Notes: a model not told the origin generated them from the sequence alone. 62,632 nucleotides of DNA, filler included, from 5 parts of 5 records of this genome joined end to end with filler, not necessarily neighbours in it; one strand, 5' to 3'; positions 1 to 9,510 are shown, counted from the first letter of the whole stretch. Made by a program: numbers and translations.

Positions 1-406
1 CCTTGGTGATGACCATGAAGTTCACGATCAACAGCACGCCGAACACGACAAGGCCCAGAAATATGCTGCCGCCCATGACGAATTGTGCAAAGCCTTCGAT
101 CACGTCGCCAGCCGCGTTGGTACCGGTATGCCCCTGACCAATAATCAGTTTGGTCGAGGACACGTTCAGCGACAAGCGCAACATCAGAGAGGCCAACAGG
201 ATGGTCGGGAAGGACGAGAAATCCAATGGCCGTTCGATAAACAGGGTCAGGGTGAAGATCAGAATCGCCAGCGCGAACGATGCCGCCAACCCCACGTCCA
301 GCACCCAGGCGGGCATCGGCAGGATCATCATCACGATGACCGCCATCAGCGCCATCGCCAGCAGCACGGTCGGCGAAAACAGGGAGCGGGGATCGATACG
401 GGGCAC
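1..406 (-). CDS. flhA: Flagellar export protein FlhA, N-terminal part (runs off window start; missing from ORF track)
   Basis: Manual translation from GTG at 406 (SD AGGAG): MPRIDPRSLFSPTVLLAMALMAVIVMMILPMP...PLDFSSFPTILLASLMLRLSLNVSSTKLII...AAGDVIEGFAQFVMGG...NFMVITK, the FlhA/FHIPEP membrane-domain signature. Confidence 0.92.
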   Translation of the reverse strand, partial: MPRIDPRSLFSPTVLLAMALMAVIVMMILPMPAWVLDVGLAASFALAILIFTLTLFIERPLDFSSFPTILLASLMLRLSLNVSSTKLIIGQGHTGTNAAGDVIEGFAQFVMGGSIFLGLVVFGVLLIVNFMVITK

Positions 407-415
407 TGTCTGCTC

Positions 416-1093
416 CTAATTGAAAGCGATGAACGCGGTGGGGGTGTCAGTACCGGGAACCAGAGATCCCAGCGCATTCTGGCCAGCGGGGTTTGCGTTC
501 AGTGGGATGAGCGGGCTTGCGGCGGTGGTAAATGGATCGCGCCCAATGCTTGTGTCTGAACCGTTCAGCTGCGCCAACACCGTCTGAAAACGGTCGGAAT
601 ACGATGCCGCGTGGTGTTGCGTGCGTGAATGGTATGCGCCGGCGGCGGCGGGCCATGATCCGAGTTCCGCATAAAGCTGCGCCAGAAATCGTGCCGCGTA
701 GGTCGCGTTTTCGTCCGGATCGAACATTGCGTCAATGGAACGGAAAGCCTTGCCGTGCCAGCGATAGTTAATCTGAAAGCAGCCTACATCAAAGCTGCGC
801 ACACCGGATTTGAAGATATCAAACACATATGATTTGGCCTCGACCTCTGAGGCAAACCAATATCCCTGCCCTTCACGATTGACGGTCCATGGCCAGGGTT
901 CCAGCTTCCCGTCCAATGCACGGCCTGTTTCCACGCGGGTAATCGCCCTGAGTACGTCAAGCGGTACACCCTCTGCCTGTGCCGCCCGCCGCGCGGCACG
1001 ATCACACAGTGCTGCTATGGATGTCGCGTGCCCGGCCGTTGCCAGCAATACGTGCGCCCAAAGCGCCGCGATGAAGAGTCTGTGAATTGGCAT
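416..1093 (-). CDS. Lytic transglycosylase, SLT domain (flagellar SltF-like)
   Basis: Signal peptide, catalytic AITRVET, DVGCFQIN, ENATYAARFL and AAGAYHS motifs; immediately upstream of flhA. Confidence 0.85.
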   Translation of the reverse strand: MPIHRLFIAALWAHVLLATAGHATSIAALCDRAARRAAQAEGVPLDVLRAITRVETGRALDGKLEPWPWTVNREGQGYWFASEVEAKSYVFDIFKSGVRSFDVGCFQINYRWHGKAFRSIDAMFDPDENATYAARFLAQLYAELGSWPAAAGAYHSRTQHHAASYSDRFQTVLAQLNGSDTSIGRDPFTTAASPLIPLNANPAGQNALGSLVPGTDTPTAFIAFN

Positions 1094-1143
1094 TCTGCCG
1101 GTCCGGGATTCTGATCAATCCGGGCCAAGCTAACCAACCACTT

Positions 1144-1159
1144 GTTTACAGAGGGTTAG
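1144..1159 (-). promoter_or_regulatory. Possible CtrA-type site upstream of slt-flhA
   Basis: Minus strand CTAA-CCCTCTG-TAAAC versus consensus TTAA-N7-TTAAC (2 mismatches); Roseobacter flagellar genes are typically CtrA-controlled. Confidence 0.3.
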
Positions 1160-1165
1160 CGCACC

Positions 1166-1594
1166 TCAGTTCCTGTCAATTTTTCGACCGAAAACCACGC
1201 TGGTATTGGTGCGTAACACACCTGGAATGCGCGCCAGTTCATCGACCAAAATGTCGAGGTCTTCGATCCGCGGCGCTTCGGCTGAAAGCAGCAGGTCGAA
1301 CTCACCGTTGATCGACAGGCACAGTTTGACTTCGGGATATGCTTCAAGCCGCCTGATGATGCGCGTGGTTTCTTTCTGCTGAACCTCCAGCAGGACGATG
1401 ATCTGTACCCGAGGCGTGTCTTCGGTTTCGCGCAGCACGACGGAATAGCCTGCGATGACGCCACGCTCTTCCATACGATTGATGCGTTCGTGCACTGTTG
1501 TCCGGGCGACGCCCAGCATTGTGGCGATACGCGTCGTCGAGTCGCGCGCATTGTGCTGCAGTGCGGCGATGATGCGTCGATCAAGCTGATCCAT
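1166..1594 (-). CDS. Lrp/AsnC family transcriptional regulator
   Basis: MDQLDRRIIAALQHNAR HTH start, ERINRMEERGVIAGY, C-terminal RAM domain (GEFDLLL, GVLRTNTSVV). Confidence 0.9.
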   Translation of the reverse strand: MDQLDRRIIAALQHNARDSTTRIATMLGVARTTVHERINRMEERGVIAGYSVVLRETEDTPRVQIIVLLEVQQKETTRIIRRLEAYPEVKLCLSINGEFDLLLSAEAPRIEDLDILVDELARIPGVLRTNTSVVFGRKIDRN

Positions 1595-1651
1595 TTGAGC
1601 TCCGAGTTCGGGCAGTGTTTGTTTCGGTTTAGAGTAGTTCGGTGCCCTGGC

Positions 1652-2971
1652 TCAAGGCTCCCTCGGATAGCGGGGATGCAAATCGTCAATGACGATCGGA
1701 TGAGCGTGCGGTTTCGGCCCGGAAAGATGCGGGTGATCTGGGGGAAGGTCAGGGTGGTTGTGGATCACCGTCTTTTCGTCGGTGCGCGGCCATGCCCTGA
1801 ACACCAGAACAAGACCCAGGAACGCAGCCGCGGTCATTCCAGCCATGGCAACCGAAACGCCAAAGCGGGTCATCAGCCAGCCTGCCAAAGGATAAAGTAC
1901 CAGCCAGCAGGCATGAGAAAGCGTGAACTGGGCCGCAAAGATGGCAGGCCGATCTTCGGCATGGGCAGAGCGGGTCAGTAGGCGGCCCGAAGGTGTCAGC
2001 GTGCTGGAATACCCGAAACCAACCAACACCCATGTTGCGGTCAGCATGCCCAGCGTCATTGGTATGGTGACAGAAAGAACTGCCGCTGCTGCCATGGTGC
2101 CCGTTGCCAGCACCGCACCGCTCAGCATGACCCGGCGGTCAGGGAATTCCGCTAGAAGCCGAGGCAGGGCAAAGGCTGCCAGCATCGAACCGCCGCCGAA
2201 CCCGGCCAGGGCAATGGCCACGGCGCTTTCAGACAGATCAAGATCGCCGCGTACAATTACGACTGTATTGACGATCACCATCGAACTCAGCGCCGCCGCG
2301 CTCCAACTCAGTGCCAGCAGACCCCGCAGCCGAGGGGTCTTGAGATATATTTTGAGACCGCGAGTGGTGCGGTCATAGATACCGCGCGGCTCGGATGGTT
2401 TAGGTGAGGGCAGGGTAGCGGACACGACAAGCAAAGCAGAGGCGACAAAGCCGATACCGGTGCCCAGAAACAGGCTGTTGAAGCTGACGAACAGCAGCAG
2501 GGCGGCGGCCAGCATCGGGCTCAGCAGGCTTTCCAGATCATATGCCAGCCGCGATAGGGAAAGGGCTTTTGTATAGTCCTGTTCGTCGGTCAGAACGTCT
2601 GGGATGGTGGCTTGAAAGGCCGGTGTAAACCCGGCTGAGGCCGATTGCAGGACAAAGATCAGCACGTAAACCTGCCAGATTTCGGTAACGAACGGCAGGC
2701 AGAGCGCCACAATCGCGCGCACGAGGTCCAACACCACCAGCATTCTGCGCCGGTCCAACCGCTCGGCGAAGGCGGCGGCAAGGGGGGCGACGGTGACATA
2801 GGCCACCATCTTGATAGTCAGTGCGGCACCCAGCACCAACCCAGCCGACTCCCCGGCCAGATCAAAGGCGAGTAGACCCAGCGCGACGGTTGCGAGCCCG
2901 GTGCCAGTCAGCGCCACGATCTGGGCCGCCAGCAAATGTCGATAGGTGCGGTTTGTCAGGACGCTGAGCAT
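1652..2971 (-). CDS. nreB: MFS efflux transporter, NreB/NrsD-like (nickel/cobalt resistance)
   Basis: Multi-TM MFS; His/Pro-rich C-terminal tail HNHPDLPPDHPHLSGPKPHAH; directly downstream of a CsoR/RcnR-family repressor gene. Confidence 0.78.
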   Translation of the reverse strand: MLSVLTNRTYRHLLAAQIVALTGTGLATVALGLLAFDLAGESAGLVLGAALTIKMVAYVTVAPLAAAFAERLDRRRMLVVLDLVRAIVALCLPFVTEIWQVYVLIFVLQSASAGFTPAFQATIPDVLTDEQDYTKALSLSRLAYDLESLLSPMLAAALLLFVSFNSLFLGTGIGFVASALLVVSATLPSPKPSEPRGIYDRTTRGLKIYLKTPRLRGLLALSWSAAALSSMVIVNTVVIVRGDLDLSESAVAIALAGFGGGSMLAAFALPRLLAEFPDRRVMLSGAVLATGTMAAAAVLSVTIPMTLGMLTATWVLVGFGYSSTLTPSGRLLTRSAHAEDRPAIFAAQFTLSHACWLVLYPLAGWLMTRFGVSVAMAGMTAAAFLGLVLVFRAWPRTDEKTVIHNHPDLPPDHPHLSGPKPHAHPIVIDDLHPRYPREP

Positions 2972-2974
2972 TGG

Positions 2975-3232
2975 TCAGAGGTACTTGGTTATGGTTTTGA
3001 AGTCTTCGATGGTATCCCCATCCGCCCCACCGGACAGGCAGTGCTCAACATGATCATGGATCAGCGTACGCTTGGCATTGGTGATTGCCTTCTCCACGGC
3101 ATAAAGCTGCTGTGCGATATCTGAGCACGGGGCCTGATCTTCGAGCATGGAGATTACCTTGGCCAGATGCCCATGCGCGCGTTTCAGGCGCGCTGTGATC
3201 TGCGGGTGCGATTTGTGGGGGTGTGTCGGCAT
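2975..3232 (-). CDS. nreA: CsoR/RcnR-family metal-sensing repressor (NreA/InrS-like)
   Basis: RLKRAHGHL...PCSDIAQQLYAV...LIHDHVEHC...FKTITKYL; His-rich N-terminus. Confidence 0.8.
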   Translation of the reverse strand: MPTHPHKSHPQITARLKRAHGHLAKVISMLEDQAPCSDIAQQLYAVEKAITNAKRTLIHDHVEHCLSGGADGDTIEDFKTITKYL

Positions 3233-3237
3233 GCATT

Positions 3238-3268
3238 ATCCTAATCCTCCCCATGGGGATATTGTCAA
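3238..3268 (-). promoter_or_regulatory. Promoter with CsoR/RcnR-type operator
   Basis: Minus strand TTGACA (3268-3263), perfect palindrome TCCCCATGGGGA (3248-3259), TAGGAT (3243-3238). Confidence 0.6.
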
Positions 3269-3365
3269 TATGGTCGCCGGTCAAAAACCACATATGAGCC
3301 GATAGCGTTGAGTTTGCCTGCGAAACCTCCTATCTCGGGGACGAGACCGCACAAAGGAAGTCGGC

Positions 3366-3980
3366 GTGGCGAATTACCTGTATAAGAACGATCTGCCCGA
3401 TGGGTTGGATATGGGCCCGGTTGTGGCCATTGATTGCGAAACCATGGGGCTGAATCCGCACCGGGATCGGTTGTGTGTCATCCAGATGTCGGGTGGGGAT
3501 GGAAACTGTCACATCGTTCAGGTTGAAAAGGGCCAATCATCGGCACCGAATCTGTGTGCGATGCTGGAAGATCCCAACGTGCTGAAGCTGTTCCATTTTG
3601 GTCGTTTTGACATCGCAGCGATGTATCACGCCTTTGGGGCGCTTGCGGCGCCGGTCTATTGCACAAAGATAGCCAGCCGTCTGATCCGCACCTACACGGA
3701 TCGTCACGGCCTGAAGAACCTGTGTCAGGAACTGCTCGGCGTCGACATTTCGAAACAGCAACAGATGAGCGATTGGGGGGCAGAAACGCTGACCGAGGCT
3801 CAGTTGGACTACGCTGCCTCGGATGTTTTGTATCTGCACCAATTGCGTGGCGCGCTGGACGGGCGGCTGGCCCGCGAAGGCCGGATCGAAATGGCGCAGG
3901 CCTGTTTTGATTTCCTGCCGACCCGTGCGAAGCTTGACCTCGCAGGCTGGCCCGAAACCGATATTTTTGCACACTCATGA
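3366..3980 (+). CDS. rnd: Ribonuclease D-like 3'-5' exonuclease (DEDDy)
   Basis: AIDCETMG, FHFGRFD, CTKIAS, YAASDV motifs. Confidence 0.8.
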   Translation: MANYLYKNDLPDGLDMGPVVAIDCETMGLNPHRDRLCVIQMSGGDGNCHIVQVEKGQSSAPNLCAMLEDPNVLKLFHFGRFDIAAMYHAFGALAAPVYCTKIASRLIRTYTDRHGLKNLCQELLGVDISKQQQMSDWGAETLTEAQLDYAASDVLYLHQLRGALDGRLAREGRIEMAQACFDFLPTRAKLDLAGWPETDIFAHS

Positions 3981-4945
3981 CCGATACCGAGCCCTTTCTG
4001 AACACTGCCCGCCAGGTCATCACTGATGAGGCCCGCGCGCTGGACGTCCTCGCCGAAAGCCTGGACGAGCATTTCGCCGAGGCCGTTCAACTGATCCTGC
4101 AAGCGACCGGGCGCATCATTATCAGCGGCATCGGAAAATCCGGCCATATCGGTCACAAAATCGCGGCCACGCTGGCCAGCACAGGCACACCTGCCTATTT
4201 CGTCCACCCGGCCGAGGCCAGCCATGGTGATCTTGGTATGGTCTCGAAGGGTGATGTCGTATTGGCGATTTCTAATTCAGGCGAAGCGCCCGAGTTGGCC
4301 AACCTTCTGGCCTTTACTCGCCGGTTCGGCATTCCGTTGATTGGTCTGTCCAGCAAACCGGAAAGCACCCTGATGAAACAGGCCGACGTACATCTGCTGA
4401 TCCCGTCGATGGGAGAGGCCTGTGGCTTTGGTATGGTGCCCTCGATCTCGACGACGCTAACGCTGGCAATGGGCGATGCGTTGGCAATTGCTTTGATGAA
4501 GTATCGGGATTTCAAGCCGGAAGATTTTCGTGCATTCCACCCCGGTGGCAAGTTGGGTGCACGGCTCAGCACGGTGCGTGATCTGATGCATTCGGGCGCG
4601 GCACTGCCCCTTGTCTCATCGGACACGCCAATGAGCGATGCTCTGATCGAGATCAGCCAGAAAGGATTTGGAGTTGCCGGAGTGGCTGACGCGCAAGAGC
4701 AGCTGGTTGGAATCATCACAGACGGTGATTTGCGACGCCACATGGACGGGTTGTTGGATAATGCTGCCGCTCAGGTGATGACCAAGAATCCGACCACAAT
4801 CGCGCCGAACGCATTAGCGGAAGAAGCCGTCGCAATTATGAACGATCGTAAGATCACATCGCTATTCGTAGTCGACCCTGAAGTTCCGGGGCAGGCTCAG
4901 GGGTTGATTCACATTCACGACTGCCTGCGCGTAGGTCTGGGCTAA
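3977..4945 (+). CDS. kdsD: Arabinose-5-phosphate isomerase, KpsF/GutQ family (SIS + CBS pair)
   Basis: GIGKSGHIG, HPAEASHGDLG, FHPGGKLG, ITDGDLRR. Confidence 0.93.
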   Translation: MTDTEPFLNTARQVITDEARALDVLAESLDEHFAEAVQLILQATGRIIISGIGKSGHIGHKIAATLASTGTPAYFVHPAEASHGDLGMVSKGDVVLAISNSGEAPELANLLAFTRRFGIPLIGLSSKPESTLMKQADVHLLIPSMGEACGFGMVPSISTTLTLAMGDALAIALMKYRDFKPEDFRAFHPGGKLGARLSTVRDLMHSGAALPLVSSDTPMSDALIEISQKGFGVAGVADAQEQLVGIITDGDLRRHMDGLLDNAAAQVMTKNPTTIAPNALAEEAVAIMNDRKITSLFVVDPEVPGQAQGLIHIHDCLRVGLG

Positions 4946-4949
4946 AGAG

Positions 4950-5558
4950 ATGGCTGAGGTCGATCGCCATTCCCGTTGGGTGCAGTTTCTGAAGGTGCTG
5001 TTACCGCTCGTGGCGATATTGTTGCTTTCTTCTGTTTTCCTTCTGTCCCGCAGCATCGACACCAATGTCTCGGCCCCGTTCGGGGATCAGGATGTCGACG
5101 ACCGGTTGACCGATCAGGTTGTCAGCCGCCCCGACTATAAAGGAGTGACCCGAAAGGGCGAAGAGATTAGGGTCGAAGCACGCCGCGCCAGCCAAAGTGG
5201 TGAGGAGGGAACCCCCACCGCCTCCGAGGTTCAGGGGCGTTTTGGGTTAAGCAGCGGTGGCGAGATCACGCTTGAATCTAACACCGGCATGATCCGGCCC
5301 GACAAGGGCACCGCGACCTTTGCCGGGGATGTGGTCATCACAACTGCGGATGGTATTCAAGTGACAACCGACTTGTTGAATACATCTCTGGATGAAATCC
5401 GTGGCGACAGCCCTGGCCAGATTGACGGAACCGGTCCGATTGGCGACTTTACCGCTGGACGAATGATCTTTGGGACTGAAAAAAAGGACGGACCCGTCCA
5501 TATTCTTTTTACAGGCGGCGTGAAGCTGATATACGAGCCGCAAAAAGCAGAAAGATAA
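4950..5558 (+). CDS. lptC: LPS export protein LptC
   Basis: N-terminal TM (LKVLLPLVAILLLSSVF) followed by beta-rich domain; kdsD-lptC-lptA-lptB synteny. Confidence 0.8.
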   Translation: MAEVDRHSRWVQFLKVLLPLVAILLLSSVFLLSRSIDTNVSAPFGDQDVDDRLTDQVVSRPDYKGVTRKGEEIRVEARRASQSGEEGTPTASEVQGRFGLSSGGEITLESNTGMIRPDKGTATFAGDVVITTADGIQVTTDLLNTSLDEIRGDSPGQIDGTGPIGDFTAGRMIFGTEKKDGPVHILFTGGVKLIYEPQKAER

Positions 5559-5561
5559 CTT

Positions 5562-6062
5562 GTGTTCGATTTACGTGTCGCCGTTTTGTGTTTTGCCGCA
5601 GCAGCCGGGGCCATCCCTGTTTCTGCACAGGAGGCACAGGAGGCACAGGTGGCGTTTGGCTCGGTCAATGCCGATCCGACACTGCCGGTTGAAGTCACGT
5701 CCGAGACACTGAACGTCAATCAGGAAGATGGATCTGCCGAATTCATTGGCGATGTTATCGTCATCCAGGGTGAGATGCGTCTAACCGCTGAACGGGTTCT
5801 TGTCATCTACAACCAGGAACGCTCGGCCATTGAACGGATGGAAGCAACGGAAAACGTGGTGCTGGTTAGCCCCCCCGATGCTGCAGAAGGCGATTGGGCA
5901 GAGTACACCATCGATTCCGGTGTGATTGAGATGAAGGGCAATGTGCTGCTGACGCAGGGGCCCAGCATCATCAGCGGCGATCAGATGATCGCAAATCTGA
6001 CCTCCGGCACAGCAACCATGTCCGGGCGCGTCAAGACCATCCTGCAGCAAGGTGGCAACTGA
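5562..6062 (+). CDS. lptA: LPS transport periplasmic protein LptA (OstA domain)
   Basis: Signal peptide; AEFIGDVIVIQGEMRLTAE, GNVLLTQG, GRVKTIL. Confidence 0.88.
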   Translation: MFDLRVAVLCFAAAAGAIPVSAQEAQEAQVAFGSVNADPTLPVEVTSETLNVNQEDGSAEFIGDVIVIQGEMRLTAERVLVIYNQERSAIERMEATENVVLVSPPDAAEGDWAEYTIDSGVIEMKGNVLLTQGPSIISGDQMIANLTSGTATMSGRVKTILQQGGN

Positions 6063-6820
6063 TGAACCGTCCCGAACTGTCTATCACCGAAGGTTCCTCG
6101 GGTCTGAAGATCGAGAAGTTGCGGAAATCTTATCGCAAGAAGACGGTCATCCGCGATGTGTCCATGGAACTGAACCGGTCTGAGGTCGTGGCGTTGCTGG
6201 GACCAAACGGATCGGGCAAGACCACCACCTTCTATTCTGTCGCGGGGCTGGTTTTCCCCGAAGCGGGTACCGTCGAGATCGACGGGCAAAACGTAACGAC
6301 ACTGCCAATGTATCGCCGGGCCCGGTTGGGCATCGGATATCTGCCGCAAGAAATGTCGATTTTCCGCGGTATGAGTGTTGAGGATAACATCGCTTCGGTT
6401 CTGGATATCACGGTCAAACACGCCCATCGCCGCAAAGAGCGGCTTGAAGAGCTGTTGTCAGATTTTTCCATCGAACATTTGCGCCGCGCGCCAGCCCTGG
6501 CCCTGTCGGGCGGAGAACGCCGCCGGGTCGAGATTGCGCGCTGTCTGGCGGCCGATCCGAAATATCTGCTGCTCGATGAGCCCTTTGCCGGGGTTGATCC
6601 GATCAGTGTTGGCGATATCCGGCATCTGGTGGCCGATCTGAAAAAGCGTGGTATCGGGGTGCTGATCACGGATCACAACGTCCGGGAAACGCTGGAAATT
6701 GTGGATCGCGCCTATATCCTGCATGACGGGCAGGTCCTGATGTCCGGCACGCCTGACGAAGTGGTTGAAAACGAAAACGTGCGCCGGGTTTATCTGGGCG
6801 AAAATTTCCGTATTTCATAA
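6062..6820 (+). CDS. lptB: LPS export ABC ATPase LptB
   Basis: GPNGSGKTT, YLPQE, LSGGERRRVEIAR, LDEPFAGVDP, ITDHNVRETL. Confidence 0.96.
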   Translation: MNRPELSITEGSSGLKIEKLRKSYRKKTVIRDVSMELNRSEVVALLGPNGSGKTTTFYSVAGLVFPEAGTVEIDGQNVTTLPMYRRARLGIGYLPQEMSIFRGMSVEDNIASVLDITVKHAHRRKERLEELLSDFSIEHLRRAPALALSGGERRRVEIARCLAADPKYLLLDEPFAGVDPISVGDIRHLVADLKKRGIGVLITDHNVRETLEIVDRAYILHDGQVLMSGTPDEVVENENVRRVYLGENFRIS

Positions 6821-7072
6821 GGTTGCGCGGAATTGCGCCCGAGTCATGGCGGAAATCACGTATATACACACCTGTTTTGATTGACTCTTCTCTCACCTAT
6901 TGGCTCAATTGGCATATGGCATTTCTTCGGTTCCAGTCTGGATCTCGATCCCCCTTCGTTGAAGGGCCGGGCCAACGGCAACCACAGAAAATGCCGATCC
7001 CCCCCACCCGATAAAAATAAGTCAGTCGCGTTATGCGACGTCAGAATGGGTGTGAATTGTGAAGGAGACCAC

Positions 7073-7636
7073 ATGCGTTACCAAATCAGCGGAAAACAGA
7101 TCGACATCGGTGCGGCCCTGCAAACTCATGTGCAGACCGAACTGGGCGAGGTCGTGGGCAAATATGCCCAGCGGCCAACGGACGCCAATGTCGTCTTTTC
7201 CCGTTCGGCGCATGAATATGTATGCGAAACTACTGTACATCTGTCGACCGGCCTGACCGCTCAGGCCAAGGCCCACGCGACTGAGATTTATGCGGCCTTC
7301 GAAGGTTGCTGCGACAAAATGGAGACACAACTGCGCCGCTATAAGCGTCGCCTGAAAGACCACCATAAGGATCGGTCCGAGCCGGTTGAACTCTTTGGCG
7401 CGTCCTCTTATATCCTCGCCTCTGATGAATCGGAGACCGCTGCTGAGCCCGAATCGCTGCAGCCGATGATTGTGGCTGAGATGGAGACCAAGATTCCATC
7501 GTTGAGTGTTGGTGAAGCCGTTATGCAGATGGAACTTGCCGGTGCACCCGTGCTGGTGTTCCGGAATGAGAACAAGGACGGATTGAATGTCGTATATCGC
7601 CGTGAAGACGGCAATATCGGCTGGATTGATCCGTAA
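7073..7636 (+). CDS. hpf: Ribosome hibernation promoting factor (long HPF)
   Basis: Start reassigned to ATG 7073 (SD GAAGGAG); MRYQISGKQIDIG, QLRRYKRRLKDHH, VVYRREDGNIGWIDP. Confidence 0.92.
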   Translation: MRYQISGKQIDIGAALQTHVQTELGEVVGKYAQRPTDANVVFSRSAHEYVCETTVHLSTGLTAQAKAHATEIYAAFEGCCDKMETQLRRYKRRLKDHHKDRSEPVELFGASSYILASDESETAAEPESLQPMIVAEMETKIPSLSVGEAVMQMELAGAPVLVFRNENKDGLNVVYRREDGNIGWIDP

Positions 7637-7690
7637 CAGGCAAGGATAAGTGGCCTGCCCCCAACCTTGGGGGCACGGCTCAGGAGCAAA

Positions 7691-8158
7691 ATGATGGAGC
7701 TTTCGAGCATTTTGAAGCCCGAAGCGGTGCGTGTACTGTCCGCAGCGTCCAGTAAAAAGCGTTTGTTTCAGGAAATCGGCGATGTTGGCGCCGCGACGCT
7801 TGGGCTGGATGCGCATGCGATCGTTGAAGGCCTGCTCGAGCGGGAAAGTCTTGGTCCGACCGGTGTCGGCCATGGTGTCGCGCTTCCGCACGCACGCCTG
7901 TCCGAACTCGAATCGGTCTCGGGGGTTTTTGTCCTGCTGGAAAAGCCCATCGATTTCGGCTCGGTCGATCGCCAGCCCGTGGATCTGGCGTTTTCGCTGT
8001 TTGCGCCGGAAGAGGCAGGGGTTGAACACCTCAAGGCCCTGGCATTGGTTTCACGTACATTGCGTGAGCAATCTGTTTGCGCAAAATTGCGGGCTAATCC
8101 CGACCCGGTAAAGCTTCATGCGATTCTGACCGAAGCCCAATCGATGCAAGCCGCCTGA
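7691..8158 (+). CDS. ptsN: PTS EIIA(Ntr)
   Basis: SSKKRLFQEI, ERESLGPTGVGHGVALPHAR phospho-His motif, HLKALALVSR; SD AGGAG. Confidence 0.92.
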   Translation: MMELSSILKPEAVRVLSAASSKKRLFQEIGDVGAATLGLDAHAIVEGLLERESLGPTGVGHGVALPHARLSELESVSGVFVLLEKPIDFGSVDRQPVDLAFSLFAPEEAGVEHLKALALVSRTLREQSVCAKLRANPDPVKLHAILTEAQSMQAA

Positions 8159-8174
8159 GAATTATCTGATCAAT

Positions 8175-8205
8175 AAAAAAGCCCCCGATTTTCGGGGGCT
8201 TTTTT
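8175..8205. terminator. Bidirectional intrinsic terminator
   Basis: AAAAAA-GCCCCCGA-TTT-TCGGGGGC-TTTTTT between convergent ptsN and CAP gene. Confidence 0.85.
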
Positions 8206-8225
8206 CAATTCGGTGATCCGTCTGC

Positions 8226-8741
8226 TCAGCCGCCGGTTCCCATTTCCAGCGTCCACCAGATTTTGCCGCCGTTTTCCTGATGCCAAGCAAAGCCCATCTG
8301 CGTGGCCTTGGGGTCCATAATCACGTCGCGTGGACCCGGCTCCTGCATCCATGCGGCGAGTGTTTCGGTTTCGGTTTCATAGGTTTCCGAGATCGCCTCG
8401 CCCAGGAAGGTTCCGTAATATCCAACCCGTGCTGCCCGATCCAGCGGAGAAGACCCGTCCGATCCGAAGTGCCAGGGCCGATTCTGACGGGCCATGTCTT
8501 TCGAGTGGGTCGCGGCGGCTGCATTCAGTTGCGCGTTCAACTGCACCTGCTGAAGACCCGAGGCCTGCCGCAGGGCATTAACTGAATCCAGCATGCGGAA
8601 TTGCAGCTTTTCAGGGTTGCCCCGGATTTTGTAGACGGATGGCAATGGTCTGCCATCGGCACCAATTGTTGTAGTACCCGAATCGGTACATGCCGCGAGC
8701 GCGACAAAACAAATCGCCAGAAGAGAAAGAATACGTGTCAT
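8226..8741 (-). CDS. CAP/SCP domain lipoprotein
   Basis: Start reassigned to ATG 8741; lipobox ALAAC; VNALR, AAATHSKDM, HFGSDGSSP, AWMQEPGPR CAP-type motifs. Confidence 0.85.
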   Translation of the reverse strand: MTRILSLLAICFVALAACTDSGTTTIGADGRPLPSVYKIRGNPEKLQFRMLDSVNALRQASGLQQVQLNAQLNAAAATHSKDMARQNRPWHFGSDGSSPLDRAARVGYYGTFLGEAISETYETETETLAAWMQEPGPRDVIMDPKATQMGFAWHQENGGKIWWTLEMGTGG

Positions 8742-8910
8742 GATCGGCCTGAATTTAGTGTCGACAAGGGAAATAACCCGCCTGTACGCCCAGAGTAAAC
8801 GTACAATGACCCAACCTTGCGTGATTCTGCCGGTTTGATTTGCGACTGAAGCATTCTGGCCATAAAATGTCGTAGAATTTGCAATTTCACATAATGAAGG
8901 ACCGCCCCGC

Positions 8911-9510
8911 ATGGTCAAGAAACCTATTTTATCCCCGACGCGCCGTGGGTTCCTGGCGGGTGCCACCGCCAGCTTGGCCTCGCCTGCGCTTGCCCAGTAT
9001 ACACCCGGTGATCCGCTGCGCCCCGCGCCCGAGCCCGAACCAGACGTGCGTCGCAATGTGTCCGGTTTCAGGGCGCTGGATTGGCAGCCCTATTTCTCGA
9101 ACACCAGAAACGGGGCCATTCTGGTCGATACCGTGTCACGGGCGCTGCATTATTGGTCAGATGATCAATCGGTGTACAAACTTTACCCCTCGTCCGTGCC
9201 ATTGACCGAGGAATTGACCCGCCGCGGGCGCACCAGTGTCATCCGTAAAGTGGAAGGTCCAAGTTGGTCGCCGACACCCTCGATGAAAAAGCGCAATCCC
9301 GAATGGCCGGACTATATTCCGCCCGGCCCTGATAACCCCTTGGGAACACACGCTTTATATCTGAGCTGGAAGTATTATCGCATCCACGGTACGCACGATA
9401 CGCGCAAAATCGGTCGCCGGTCTTCGAATGGCTGCATCGGCTTGTTCAACGAAGACATCGCCGAGCTGTTCTCGATGGCCAATGTTGGCACGCAAGTGTT
9501 GCTAATTTGA
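8911..9510 (+). CDS. L,D-transpeptidase (YkuD family), Tat-exported
   Basis: TRRGFL Tat signal; PGPDNPLGTHALYL; YRIHGT...SSNGCIGL catalytic His/Cys. Confidence 0.92.
   Translation: MVKKPILSPTRRGFLAGATASLASPALAQYTPGDPLRPAPEPEPDVRRNVSGFRALDWQPYFSNTRNGAILVDTVSRALHYWSDDQSVYKLYPSSVPLTEELTRRGRTSVIRKVEGPSWSPTPSMKKRNPEWPDYIPPGPDNPLGTHALYLSWKYYRIHGTHDTRKIGRRSSNGCIGLFNEDIAELFSMANVGTQVLLI

Noticed and set aside
83-559. Plus-strand ORFs 83-559 and 150-419
   Set aside because: Antisense shadows of flhA and the transglycosylase; the same applies to most overlapping ORFs in the GC-rich contig (e.g. 7031-8029, 17576-18325)
5625-5649. 9-bp tandem repeat GCACAGGAG (AQEAQEAQ) in lptA
   Set aside because: Short in-frame duplication right after the signal peptide; no sign of phase variation
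6881-7072. 64-aa N-terminal extension of HPF in the ORF track
   Set aside because: SD and homology start at ATG 7073; similar over-extensions were trimmed for CAP, grxC, ubiF, marC and pspA
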